A stretch of 64,000 bases of DNA from Flaccisagitta enflata (taxonomy: Eukaryota): NCBI GenBank assembly GCA_965153355.1, contig OZ231126.1:12462001-12526000 (forward strand), read 5' to 3'. The notes beneath the pieces are model-generated. The model ran no database searches. It was not told the origin of the DNA and saw nothing but the letters and a program-made list of their open reading frames with translations. Each line of letters begins with the position of its first letter. The first letter of the stretch is position 1. Of this stretch, positions 31,651 through 44,285 are shown piece by piece. The position numbers and the translations under genes were made by a program.

Positions 31651-31831
31651 GGGTAGGTCGTGTTACTTAGAATCTGAGTGGTGAGAATTTTAAAATTCTC
31701 ATCATTCAGATTCTTAGTGATGAGAATTATATTCTCATAACTCAGATTGTCTATCTTTCTATCTTTTTCTCATGACTCAGAATCTAAGTTATAAGAATAT
31801 TTTCTATCATTTCATTCATTCTTTTTTTTAC

Positions 31832-31878
<47 letters not shown>

Positions 31879-32213
31879 TCTGTTATTCTCTTCTCTGCAA
31901 GAAATTTTTTTTCTTTGGAGGTAGAAATCTGTCTTGCAAGAATCCCCCTAATGCTTGCCCAAGGGTTAACTGATTAGTATTCCTGACAGAGCTAACAACT
32001 AGCTCATTGACCCATTTTCACCAATAGCTTAGCTCTATCAACCAAGGTAAAATCACATTTCATAATTGTAGAGTACATAGAATGGACACAGAGCCGATGT
32101 TTTGAAGAACACAGGAGTGAACTGTTATGTATGTCCCTGCTCTGTCCTCACTACCTTAAAACAGCAATGAAGTAGAGCAATAGATACTGCTAACCATATG
32201 CAATCTGCGGATG

Positions 32214-33351
32214 CAGGCCCGGCCAGAGGGGGGTCACCCAATCTGAGATAGGAGGCCCGGGCACCTGTGAGAGCCTCGGTGATGCAAAAAAAAAAGGAAA
32301 AAAAAAGAAAGAAAAAAGGAAAAAAAGATAAAGAAAAAGAAAGAGAGAAATCAAGAAAAAAAAAAGAAATAAAAACAGAAGAAGGCAGGATACACGGCTA
32401 CCGAAGTTGCATGCGGGTGGGCAAGGGCCATATTTAAGGTCACTAGACCATTTAGGCAGGAGCGGTGAGGTCCAAATATAAAAATCATAGAAAAAGTAAA
32501 GTGTGACTAACAGACCGACCAACTGACCAACAAAGCGGGGTGTAGAGTCGCGTAGCACGCGACTAATAAGATAAGAAAGTGAAAAAAAAGGTTCTATCCA
32601 AGTTAACACCCCTCTCATAATTAAACGAACTGGGAAAGTAATCAAAATTGAGAGTAAAAATGCATTGAGAGGGCTAAAATTTGACACAGTGTTAGCTCAA
32701 ACATAGTATTTTTGCTAACCGAGGCCCAATAGAGCATTCGCACTAATGTGTGGCCCTGGTTGTGTGCTAAGTCAAAAATGTTGTGGAAGATTTTGACTGA
32801 TTTTGACAAGAAATCTTTTTATGGGGAGAAGGCACAAACTTTCTCATTTTTTTTCCCATGAATGGAGAGAAAACTGCCATTCCTGAGTTGTTATGTAACT
32901 ACTCAGCAACAATGACGCATTGGGAATAAGGAACAGCCCCACAAAGTGACTGAATCCCTTGACCACCAGGTTCGTTTCACTCGTCAATTTGGAACTTCCA
33001 TCAAAAATATGGTAACATGATATGAATGTGCAAAGAGATTAGGAGCCATTGGTTGACATTCTTTAGACAATCTTTGTAAAATCTTGCCGGAAATTACATA
33101 TTCTAAAGTTACTTCAGCACTCAGACTCTTCATAAGTAATTGTTAAAGCATTTACAGACTTGCTCTGATCCCAGTTCGCCTAATTTTGAGAGGTTCTGGA
33201 GGCTGAAGTTTCAGCACTGGAACGAACTTTAAGGCAGTAAAAAAATTTTGCAAAAGTTGAAATATTAAGAGCAAAGGAGGGGGCTGAAGGGGGAGGGGAG
33301 CCCAACCAAGGGAGCCAGCAGAGGAGCCCACCATTTTTCTGGCCGGGCCTG
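32214..33351. mobile_element. hAT-like deletion derivative nested in 31651-34191
   Basis: Perfect 14-bp TIR CAGGCCCGGCCAGA. TSD only partly retained (TGCGGATG vs CTTGGATA). Contains a HINE-like copy at 32382-32564. Confidence 0.65.
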
Positions 33352-33423
33352 CTTGGATAACTTACCAGCGTATCGTAAGACTGTCAATCAATGGAGCGAA
33401 AAAAATAATAGAGACACAAATTT

Positions 33424-33987
<564 letters not shown>

Positions 33988-34190
33988 AGAGAGGAAGAGA
34001 GACAAAGAGCTACAAAAACACTGAATATAGAGAAAAATCTAAGTTATGAGAAAAAGATAGAAAGACAGACAATCTGAGTTATGAGAAATAACAAAATTGT
34101 CAAATTCTCATAACATAGAATCTGAGTTATGAGAAAAGTGCTAAATTCTAAGTAACGCGACTTAGAAAAATCTGAATAACGAGATTTTCC

Positions 34191-34250
<60 letters not shown>

Positions 34251-34609
34251 AATCATCATCATCATCATCATTATCATCATCATCACATCATCATCATCAC
34301 ATCATCATCACATCATCATCATCATCACACACATCATCACATCACATCATCATCATTAATACACACATCATCATCATCATCAATCATCATCATCATCACC
34401 GTCATTGTGTCATCATCATCATCATCATCATCATCACATCATCATCATCATCACCGTCATCATCATCATCACTCGCCATCATCAATCAATATCATATCAT
34501 CATAAGTCATCGTCATCGTCATCATCATCATCATCATCATCATCATCGTCATCATCATCATCACACATCACACTATCGCCATTTACATCGACATCATCAT
34601 CATCATCAT

Positions 34610-34653
<44 letters not shown>

Positions 34654-34654
34654 A

Positions 34655-34687
<33 letters not shown>

Positions 34688-35678
34688 AATCATCATAAAC
34701 ATCATCATCATCATCATCGAGTAAGGGCCGTGGACTTTAGGAGAGCTTGAGAGCTCTCTGAGAGTTCGAGAGCTCTCCTGGCACTCTCGGAGACTTGGAG
34801 AGCTCTCCATCCATTTGGAGAGCTCTCCGCAGATAAGGCTGGGACAAGCTTTATCAAATCATGCGTTTACAGTTGTTTTTTGACCATGAATTCATCTGCC
34901 ATTTTTAGAAAGTTGACAGTCACAAAATGTCATTACTTTCTATAGACTGATAATGGCTGGCACACCATCTTGGTTCAAGTGGCTGTCCATGTTTTTATTT
35001 GCACGAATTTGTGAAGAAGTTTTCATGATTTTTTCCTATTATGTCAGTTTAAGTTTGTTTTTTTATCTTGCACTCTTTTTTCTGCCTTCTCTGTCTGTTT
35101 GCCTTTGAATGTATAAGTCCATTAGCTTTTGGACTAAGTCTCGATGCTCTATTAGATTTCGCACTAGGTTAGGTTAGGTGGGACATTTTTGGGCATGCTG
35201 ATACCATGAGTTATCAGGTTAATAGGTTATTGTGTTTTCCCAAAAATCCAGCAATTTTGCAACTATATTTCATCAAAATGAATTAGACTGGATTCTACTA
35301 AGGAAGAAACCTTTTTATGGATTAAGTCAAAGTATATCGTAGATATCTTATTGTTTATGTACTAAAATGATTCAATGACTTAATGGTTAATGAATGTTGA
35401 TGAAGTGCTGGTATTTCTTTTAAGAAACTACAGACTGCCATTTGCCAATGGAAATTTTGTAATTCCTTGGTTACACATGCACATATACCCTTGTTGCCAA
35501 GAATGATAACTTTGAGATATTGTCATGCATCCTACATCCTTGCAAAGAGTTGGCACCCTCGGTCAATGCTAGAATTGGGATAACTTGAGTCGTGACTGTT
35601 GGAATCGACAGTCACACCTCATGGTGATGGTCATTTGACATTGTGGTAAAAAACATCATAACTTATTGACAGAAATAC

Positions 35679-35777
<99 letters not shown>

Positions 35778-35789
35778 TAAATAAAAATA

Positions 35790-35840
<51 letters not shown>

Positions 35841-35994
35841 TTCTGTATAGCTAACTATCTTTCAGTTTGTTGGCTTTCCTTTCCTTTGAGTCTCAGTCAA
35901 TAGGCTCATCTCTTTACTTATTTCTCTCTCTGTCAGTCTGTCTCTATCTCTCCCAGTCTGTCTCTGTCTGTCTCTCTGTCTCTCTGTCTCTCTA

Positions 35995-36066
<72 letters not shown>

Positions 36067-36070
<4 letters not shown>

Positions 36071-36622
36071 CTTTCCCTATCTTGTTCCCCTTACGTTTTG
36101 CCCTAACTTACCCTCGTTGTTTATCGTGTCCCTTACCTCGTCCTCTGATTTGTCAACCGTTAGTCGAGTCGTTAGTCGTCACGTATCTCGTAGACCGTGT
36201 TCTCTCATTGGCTGTCTCTTAGATATTGTCGTAGTTGTTATCGTCATCGCTTTCGTTTAAATTTGTTCGCTCACGTTGTCGCATCGCAGTTGTCGTCCAA
36301 CCCCGTCCGGAACATTGGTTAGTAATATTTGGATTATTATTGCTATTACATTTGAGTTATATTTGAATCGTATTTAATTGCATTTAAGTCGTATTTGAGT
36401 TGTGTTTAAGTTTGTCGTTTAACTTATATTTTGTCCCTCGCTTTTCTCTTTTATCAGTATTGACGATGCGTCTTCGGTTGCAAATAAATGCCCTTTTATG
36501 ATCATCAACGTCTTCGTTATTAGCTGGAAAGAATTAGTCCTACGACTGCCATTAGCTATCACGCTGTTTTGGACTAACGATTTTCATAGTCAATACAATC
36601 CCGCAACCTCATCGTGAATACG
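36067..36622 (+). repeat. 5' LTR, lacking the first ~48 bp present in the 3' LTR; its 3' boundary is inferred from a putative PBS (TGG at 36623)
   Basis: Matches 46382-46880 and contains AATAAA at ~36483. The sequence before TGG ends ATACG rather than canonical ACA, and I cannot assign the PBS to a tRNA. Confidence 0.8.
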
Positions 36623-37367
36623 TGGACATCGAAGATTCAAGTTTCCCTCAGAAGAAACCCTCATCGTCAAGAGCCGCTTCAGCTGCTCATTTCCCCCTTC
36701 GTTCCGTCTTGGTGTCAACCAAAACATCAACCCATCGCTTCGTCTTTGGCGGTCTCACAAACCGCCAATGCTTCGCGTCGGGTGCCATCTCATCATCACG
36801 AGTCGCTCCCACCGCCGCCTCACCTTCTACCACTTCGCTTCGTCTCCGGCGGTCTCACAAGCCGCCGCCGCTTCGCGACGCTTTGGTCCGGGCGTCACTT
36901 GCGAAGGAGTCATCCTTTTCTGTCGTCGCATTGGACCGTCACCCTCATCGTAACATGGCGTTACTTAAAAGATAAGTTCTTGAGTTCGCCTTATTCCTGC
37001 TTCGTTTCTTAGATTCCTGCTTTGATTTCCCAGACTCGAAGTTTCTGCTCATCCCCCTCTCAATCGATCCCATGTTAAACCTCATCATTTATCCAGATTC
37101 TGCTCATACCTGAATCAGCTGAAACGAGTTTCAATTTCCTTCCCAGATCCAAGGTCGATTACGACGTCATCAGATGTGACTCTCAATCGAATGAGGATTC
37201 AAGTTCACTTCGCGTTTGCCAATTCAGAGAAAGTCTGGACGGCAGACAACGTCAAGATAAGACACCCAATGTTTTGATTCCTTTGATCATCCCAGATTAA
37301 GACTGGGTGCGTTCGCATTGTACTCTTGAAGTGGATATAACCCTCAAAAGTTAAGTAATGGGTTATT

Positions 37368-37691
37368 ATGCGGAGGTCAGAAATAGTAAGTAAATACGCT
37401 CAGTTTGTACAAGTCAATGAAAGATTGTTGCGTTTTATTAATGGAGAGGAAGAGCCCAATGAAGATTTTGAGGAATGTCAGTCTACTTTTACGTCTCTTT
37501 TGGGTGAACTATTGTCTGGTTTAACTCTTTATTCCGGTCTTTCTCTCTTCACTCCTGAGCAGCAAGAATACATCCAAGCCGCAAAAAGGCGTACGTTTCA
37601 TCCCCGTCATCGAAGAGGATTAACTCGGGCCCGAAGCAGGTCCCGTTCTCGCGCTCAATCGGAATCTCTGCGCCTCAAGCATTTCGTCTGA
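37368..37691 (+). CDS. 107-aa upstream ORF, probably the frameshifted N-terminus of Gag
   Basis: It overlaps the open Ser-rich frame (37624-37725, ASSISSESTSLQSSSS) that leads into the Gag ORF, and it ends with an RSRSRSR tract. Confidence 0.5.
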   Translation: MRRSEIVSKYAQFVQVNERLLRFINGEEEPNEDFEECQSTFTSLLGELLSGLTLYSGLSLFTPEQQEYIQAAKRRTFHPRHRRGLTRARSRSRSRAQSESLRLKHFV

Positions 37692-37725
37692 GTCTACATC
37701 GCTTCAGTCTTCCTCTAGCATCACG

Positions 37726-39627
37726 ATGCCTACGCCGGAGGAGATCGCCGCTGCCCAGAAGCAGAAGGAAGAAGAGGCCCGTCTGCTAAAGGTCAAGTTA
37801 GAGTTGGAGGAAGCATCAGATGAGGCTGAAATTGAAATTCAAACATTGAAATTAAAACAGATTGAACTCGCCAATCAAGCTAAAATGAAGAAGCGGGCTA
37901 TTATGAAAAGGGCTCTTGATGATGGTCTTTCTTCTGATAAATTGCCAGAATTTGATTTTGTTGCCCCAGCCTCATCCTCTATCGTTTCTCCCCCCTCAGT
38001 TTCGCCTCCAGCCGCTGCTGCAGCATCGCCGCATTCTGCTGCGTCAGTCGTTTCGAACTCATCGCCCATCGGTGATCTGTCTCAACTTCTTGGTGGCCAA
38101 CGCCTAAAGTTTTCATCGCCCTCAGAAGAGGGAAAGCTTGACCACGGCCACGCCCCCTACATTCGGTTCCAGACAAAATTTAAGGCCGAGGTGCTCGACA
38201 TCAAAGGTTTGAGCCCTGAGGACAAGTTTGTTGAGCTTCAGGCACGAACCAAAGGTGAGGCTAAATCCATTGTTGATGATTTCATTTATTTGGATGATAA
38301 AGAATCGGCTCTTAACCAGGCGTTAGCTGAGCTTAAATTCTATTTTGGGAAGAAAACTGGTAACTCTCAGGTCAATTTGGCTAGAATTGTTGAAGGTAAG
38401 GAAGTCATTCCAAACAATTCTGATAGTGTCAAGGGTCTGTTGCATGAGGTCCGGAGTATGGTTGCTTTGGCCCGGGCCACTAAAGATGATTCTTTTTTAG
38501 CTCTCGATGCCACAGTCCTGGCGATTGTGAAAAGTCGGCTTGGTCCGGTCATGAAACGTAAGTTTTCCAGTGCCTCTGCTAAGGCTGAGGACCAAGGTCA
38601 GCCTATCAATGTGGATTTCTTGGTCTCTTTTTTGAAGGATTGGTACTCTTCGTTAAATCGTACTTATGGAATGGGATCCCTCATCGAGCCTAAGGCTTCA
38701 TCCTCATCATTTCCTTCCTCAGGACAGAAGCCAACAGTGGGAGCCCAAGCCGGGAAGCCAGTTGGGTCGCCCTACACCAACAAATCGGTTGGCAAGTCTT
38801 CATTCAATCCTTCTCCCAGTTCTCAGGTCTCCCCTTCTAAGGCCAGTGTGGCCGCTATCGAGGCTAATGCGGAGGCCAACTCTTCGACTTGCAAGTTCGA
38901 TAAGAAGCTGCTGCAGCAATCTCAACCATCGTGGGGATCATCTAGCTGCCAGTGGAATCCTCAGGCTACACAGTCAGGTCATCTTTGCATATTTTGCGGT
39001 GGTGTGCATCTTGTGGACACTTGTCCTCTGTTTAGTCAACTGTCTGTTGAGGAAAGGCGACAGTTCCTCATGAAAAATCGTTTATGCTTTCGTTGTTTCT
39101 CTAAGGATCATATGTCATCCAACTGTACTGAGAAAATTCAATGCCTTATTTGCTCTGGGACGCGACATAATACTCTTCTCCACGGTTCATTCCCAGCCAA
39201 TCAGGTTTCAAGCCCGGCTACAAGTTCTTCGGCGGTTCTGACGGGTAAAGCGCCGAGTCCGTCGCCAGTTCAAGATCGACTGCAGCAACTTGCAACATCA
39301 TCAGCCCAGGAGGTTCCGGTCACCCAGCAAACTCCAAGTCAGGTCGATGTAACCATCGTTGATCATGAGATTAATAGTTGCTTTCGTCCTATCTTTGCTA
39401 CAAAAGTTGAATTGTCAAATGGTAAGGCCACTGATGCCTACTGCTTGTATGATACAGGCAGCAATCGTACCTTAATTACTCGCGCTTTTCAAAAACGCCT
39501 TCGCCTCAGGACCAAGCGACGAAGCGTCACTCTGCGGGGTCTTGGAACAAGCTCCAGTGGTCAACAAGATGTCGTTTCCCTCTCCCTTCGATCCTTGGTG
39601 GACCCAGATGTCGTCACTCAAGAGTAG
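37726..39627 (+). CDS. gag: Bel/Pao Gag plus the N-half of the aspartic protease; ends at a TAG supplied by the inserted element
   Basis: N-terminal coiled-coil-like segment. Triple knuckle CIFCGGVHLVDTC / CFRCFSKDHMSSNC / CLICSGTRHNTLLH (38986-39183). Protease motif AYCLYDTGSNRTLI (~39451). Confidence 0.9.
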   Translation: MPTPEEIAAAQKQKEEEARLLKVKLELEEASDEAEIEIQTLKLKQIELANQAKMKKRAIMKRALDDGLSSDKLPEFDFVAPASSSIVSPPSVSPPAAAAASPHSAASVVSNSSPIGDLSQLLGGQRLKFSSPSEEGKLDHGHAPYIRFQTKFKAEVLDIKGLSPEDKFVELQARTKGEAKSIVDDFIYLDDKESALNQALAELKFYFGKKTGNSQVNLARIVEGKEVIPNNSDSVKGLLHEVRSMVALARATKDDSFLALDATVLAIVKSRLGPVMKRKFSSASAKAEDQGQPINVDFLVSFLKDWYSSLNRTYGMGSLIEPKASSSSFPSSGQKPTVGAQAGKPVGSPYTNKSVGKSSFNPSPSSQVSPSKASVAAIEANAEANSSTCKFDKKLLQQSQPSWGSSSCQWNPQATQSGHLCIFCGGVHLVDTCPLFSQLSVEERRQFLMKNRLCFRCFSKDHMSSNCTEKIQCLICSGTRHNTLLHGSFPANQVSSPATSSSAVLTGKAPSPSPVQDRLQQLATSSAQEVPVTQQTPSQVDVTIVDHEINSCFRPIFATKVELSNGKATDAYCLYDTGSNRTLITRAFQKRLRLRTKRRSVTLRGLGTSSSGQQDVVSLSLRSLVDPDVVTQE

Positions 39628-41285
39628 ATAGTATGTTTACCCCTTCACGGGTGCGGGCTACCTGTACCTGGACGGAATTTACTATTTTTATGTTTTTATA
39701 ACATAAAACAAAACAGTGGCAAACTTTTTGACCAATTTTGAATACCGCGAGTTCCATTTATTTATCACCACTCCAATGTTGCAATTTGGTCACTTGGGGC
39801 TCAAAATCGGGCCACTTTGGTTTTGAAATTTGACCCAAAATCTGTGAGATTATGAAACTAGAGCTCAAGAGCTACCCAGTGGTGCAATCCGCATGCTGCT
39901 ATCGTTTTTTGTTAAGATCTGAGAGCTTTTCAAAGATGGAAGGGTATGAGGGTTTTTTAACCAGATGAATTTGGTGGTCAATTTTGGCATTTTTTACAAT
40001 TTTTGATATATCTCCGCTTTGGATGGACAAATTTGGATGAAATTGGTGACCAAATTGAAGAGTTTTTGATGCTCTAACTGAATCTGGTAAAATTTTTGAT
40101 CGATATGACCCTCAAAATTTTTGGGAGACTCTAGAAGCAGGTGCTAAAAAGTGAATTTTTTCGCCATTTTGGCTTTTTTGGTCAAATGATTTGGGCACTT
40201 CCGAGATAGAAAATGACAAAAAATCAGTGGGCAAATTAAACTACTGTTCAAGATCTAACCAATGGTGCAATCGGCATGTCAATAGGTTAAATCATATAGA
40301 TTTGGCAAAGCTTCAAAGATCAGTGGGTATGATAAATGGACATTTTTTGGTAATTTTGGTCATTTTTGGCTCAAAATCGGGCCACTTCCTTTTATAAATT
40401 TGACTCGAAATCTGTGAGATTATGAAACCAGAGCTCAATAGCTAACCAGTGGTGCAATCCGCATGTTGCTATCGTTTTTTGTTAAGATTTGAGAGCTTTT
40501 CAAAGATGGAAGGGTCTGAGGGTTTTATTACCAGATGAATTTGGTGGTCAACTTTGACATTTTTTACAATTTTTGATATATCTCTGTTTTGGATGGACAA
40601 ATTTGGATGAAATTGGTGACCAAATTGAAGAGTTTTTGATGCTCTAACTGAATCTGGTAAAATTTTTGATCGATATGACCCTCAAAATTTTTGGGAGACT
40701 CTAGAAGCAGGTGCTAAAAAGTGAATTTTTTCGCCATTTTGGCTTTTTTGGTCAAATGATTTGGGCACTTCCGAGATAGAAAATGACAAAAAATCAGTGG
40801 GCAAATTAAACTACTGTTCAAGATCTAACCAATGGTGCAATCGGCATGTCAGTAGGTTAAATCAAATAGATTTGGCAAAGCTTCAAAGATCAGTGGGTAT
40901 GATAAATGGACATTTTTTGGTAATTTTGGTCATTTTTGGCTCAAAATCGGGCCACTTCCCTTTATAAATTTGACTCGAAATCTGTGAGATTATGAAACTA
41001 GAGCTCAAGAGCTAACCAGTGGTGCAATCCGCATGTTGCTATCGTTTTTTGTTTAGATTTGAGAGCTTTTCAAAGATGGAAGGGTCTGAGGGTTTTATTA
41101 CCAGATGAATTTGGTGGTCAACTTTGACATTTTTTACAATTTTTGAAATATCTCTGCTTTGGATGGACAAATTTGGATGAAATTGGTGACCAAATTGAAG
41201 AGTTTTTGATGCTCTAACTGAATCTGGTAAAATTTTTGATCGATATGACCCTCAAAATTTTTGGGAGACTCTAGAAGCAGGTTCT

Positions 41286-41883
41286 AATAGTCGCAAAAGC
41301 GTTACATGGTCAGCAGTACCCGATGCCCATCTGTTGGTTTATGTTGGCATGAGATGATAAGTAGGGCAGCGGCCCCCGCGGGGCTGATGACCTATGATTC
41401 CATGCTAGACAATTGCAGGGTCTTTAAGACCTGATTTTGGGTCCAAGTAGCCCGAGTTGAGGTCTGAGTTGCCTGATTTGAGGTCTAAGATGCCTGATCT
41501 GAGAGGTTCGAGAAGCTTGTGTTGGGGCTTAGAAGCCTGAATTTGGGTCTAATTTCGAGCTCAAGGCCTGATTATGGGCTGGGAAGGCCTGATTTGAGGT
41601 CTGGAAGGCCTGATCAGGGGTCCAAAAGGCCTGATTTAGGGTTGGCTTAGGCCTGATTTGGGGTCTGCAAGCCTGATTTAGGTTCTGAGAGGCCTAAATT
41701 GAAGTCTAGAAAGCCTGATTTTGGATCTGATAGGCCTGATTTGGGGTCTGAAAGACATTATTTAAGGCTCAAGAGGCCATGTTCTAGGCATGAGGGGGAC
41801 AGACGGATGGACGGACTGACGGAAACCGGAAAATTTGCCCTATGTGGAATCATAGGTCATCGGCCCCTCCGGGGCCGCTGCCC
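41286..41883 (-). mobile_element. GGGCAGCGGCCCC-family HINE-like element nested in the left foldback arm
   Basis: Homologous to 24433-25127. It interrupts the A-run of CTAAAAAGTGAA seen intact in the neighbouring units. Confidence 0.85.
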
Positions 41884-42227
41884 AAAAAGTGAATTTTTTC
41901 GCCCTTTTGGCTACTTTGGTCAAATAATTTGGGCACTTCCGAGATAGAAAATGACAAAAAATCAGTGGGCATTTCTTAAAAGAAATATAGCAACACGAAG
42001 CAGCAAAAAATTATCTAATGATTCTGTGTTCTTCTATTCAGTTAATTCTTAGTCGCGTGCACAAGACATTATAACCCGCTATATCAGTTGGCCCAAAAAC
42101 CAAGATGACCAAAAAAAAACAGAAAAAGTCATTTTATCATACCCACTGATCTTTGAAGCTTTGCCAAATCTTTATGCTTTAACCTATTGACATGCCGATT
42201 GCACCATTGATTAGATCTTGAACAGTA

Positions 42228-43083
<856 letters not shown>

Positions 43084-44285
43084 TAGTTTAATTTGCCCAC
43101 TGATTTTTTATCATTTTCTATCTAGGAAGTGCCCATATTATTTGATCAAAGTAGCCAAAAGGGCGAAAAAATTCACTTTTTAGCACCTGCTTCTAGAGTC
43201 TCCCAAAAATTTTGAGGGTCATATCGATCAGATTCAGTTAGAGCATCAAAAACACTTCAATTTGGTCACCAATTTCATCCAAATTTGTCCATCCAAAGCA
43301 GAGATATATCAAAAATTGTAAAAAATGTCAAAATTGACCACCAAATTCATCTAGTAATAAAACCCTCATACCCTTCCATCTTTGAAATACTCTCAAATCT
43401 AAACAAAAAACGATAGCAACATGCGGATTACACCACTGGTTAGCTCTTGAGCTCTAGTTTCATAATCTCACAGATTTCGAGTTAAATTTATAAAGGGAAG
43501 TGGCCCGATTTTGAGCCCAAAATGACCAAAATTACCAAAAAATGTCATTTTATCAAACCCACTGATCTTTGAAGCTTTGCCAAATCTATATGACTTAACC
43601 TATGGACATGCCGATTGCACCATTGGTTAGATCTTGAACAGTAGTTTAATTTGCCCACTGATTTTTTGTCATTTTCTATCTCGGAAGTGCCCAAATTATT
43701 TGACCAAAGTAGCCAAAATGGCGAAAAAATTCACTTTTTAGCACCTGCTTCTAGAGTCTCCCAAAAATTTTGAGGGTCATATCGATCAAAAATGTTACCA
43801 GATTCAGTTAGAGCATCAAAAACTCTTCAATTTGGTCACCAATTTCATCCAAATTTGTCCATCCAAAGCGGAGATATATCAAAAATTGTAAAAAATGTCA
43901 AAATTGACCACCAAATTCATCTGGTTAAAAAACCCTCATACCCTTCCATCTTTGAAAAGCTCTCAAATCTTAACAAAAAACGATAGCAACATGCGGATTG
44001 CACCACTGGATAGCTCTTGAGCTCTAGTTTCATAATCTCTCAGATTTTGTGTCAAATTTCAAAACCAAAGTGGCCCAATTTTGAGTCCAAAGTGACCGAA
44101 TTGCAACATTTTCACCACAACCACCTTGGAGTGGTGATAAATAAATGGAACTCGCGGTATCCAAAATTGGTCAAAAAGTTTGCCACTGTTTTGTTTTATG
44201 TTATAAAAACATAAAAATAGTAAATTCCGTCCAGGTACAGGTAGCCCGCACCCAAGAAGGGGTAAACATACCATCTACTCAAGAG

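Noticed and set aside
34721-34745. TAAGGGCCGTGG(A/G)C(T/C)TTAGGAGA shared with the minus strand of ~52356-52378, both beside CAT tracts
   Set aside because: It is only ~23 bp, its orientation relative to the microsatellite differs between the two sites, and no partner end or TSD was found.
36614-37012. Overlapping 132/117/61-aa ORFs in the retroelement leader
   Set aside because: This is a GC-rich structured leader with non-ATG starts and no domain similarity, better explained as UTR.
40191-40967. Two near-identical 68-aa ORFs (40191, 40761)
   Set aside because: They are by-products of the 570-bp tandem unit, have non-ATG starts and show no recognisable domain.
44145-44285. N-terminal 47 codons of the listed 657-aa ORF
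   Set aside because: They derive from the right terminus of the inserted foldback and the TSD. The true retroelement frame resumes at 44286.
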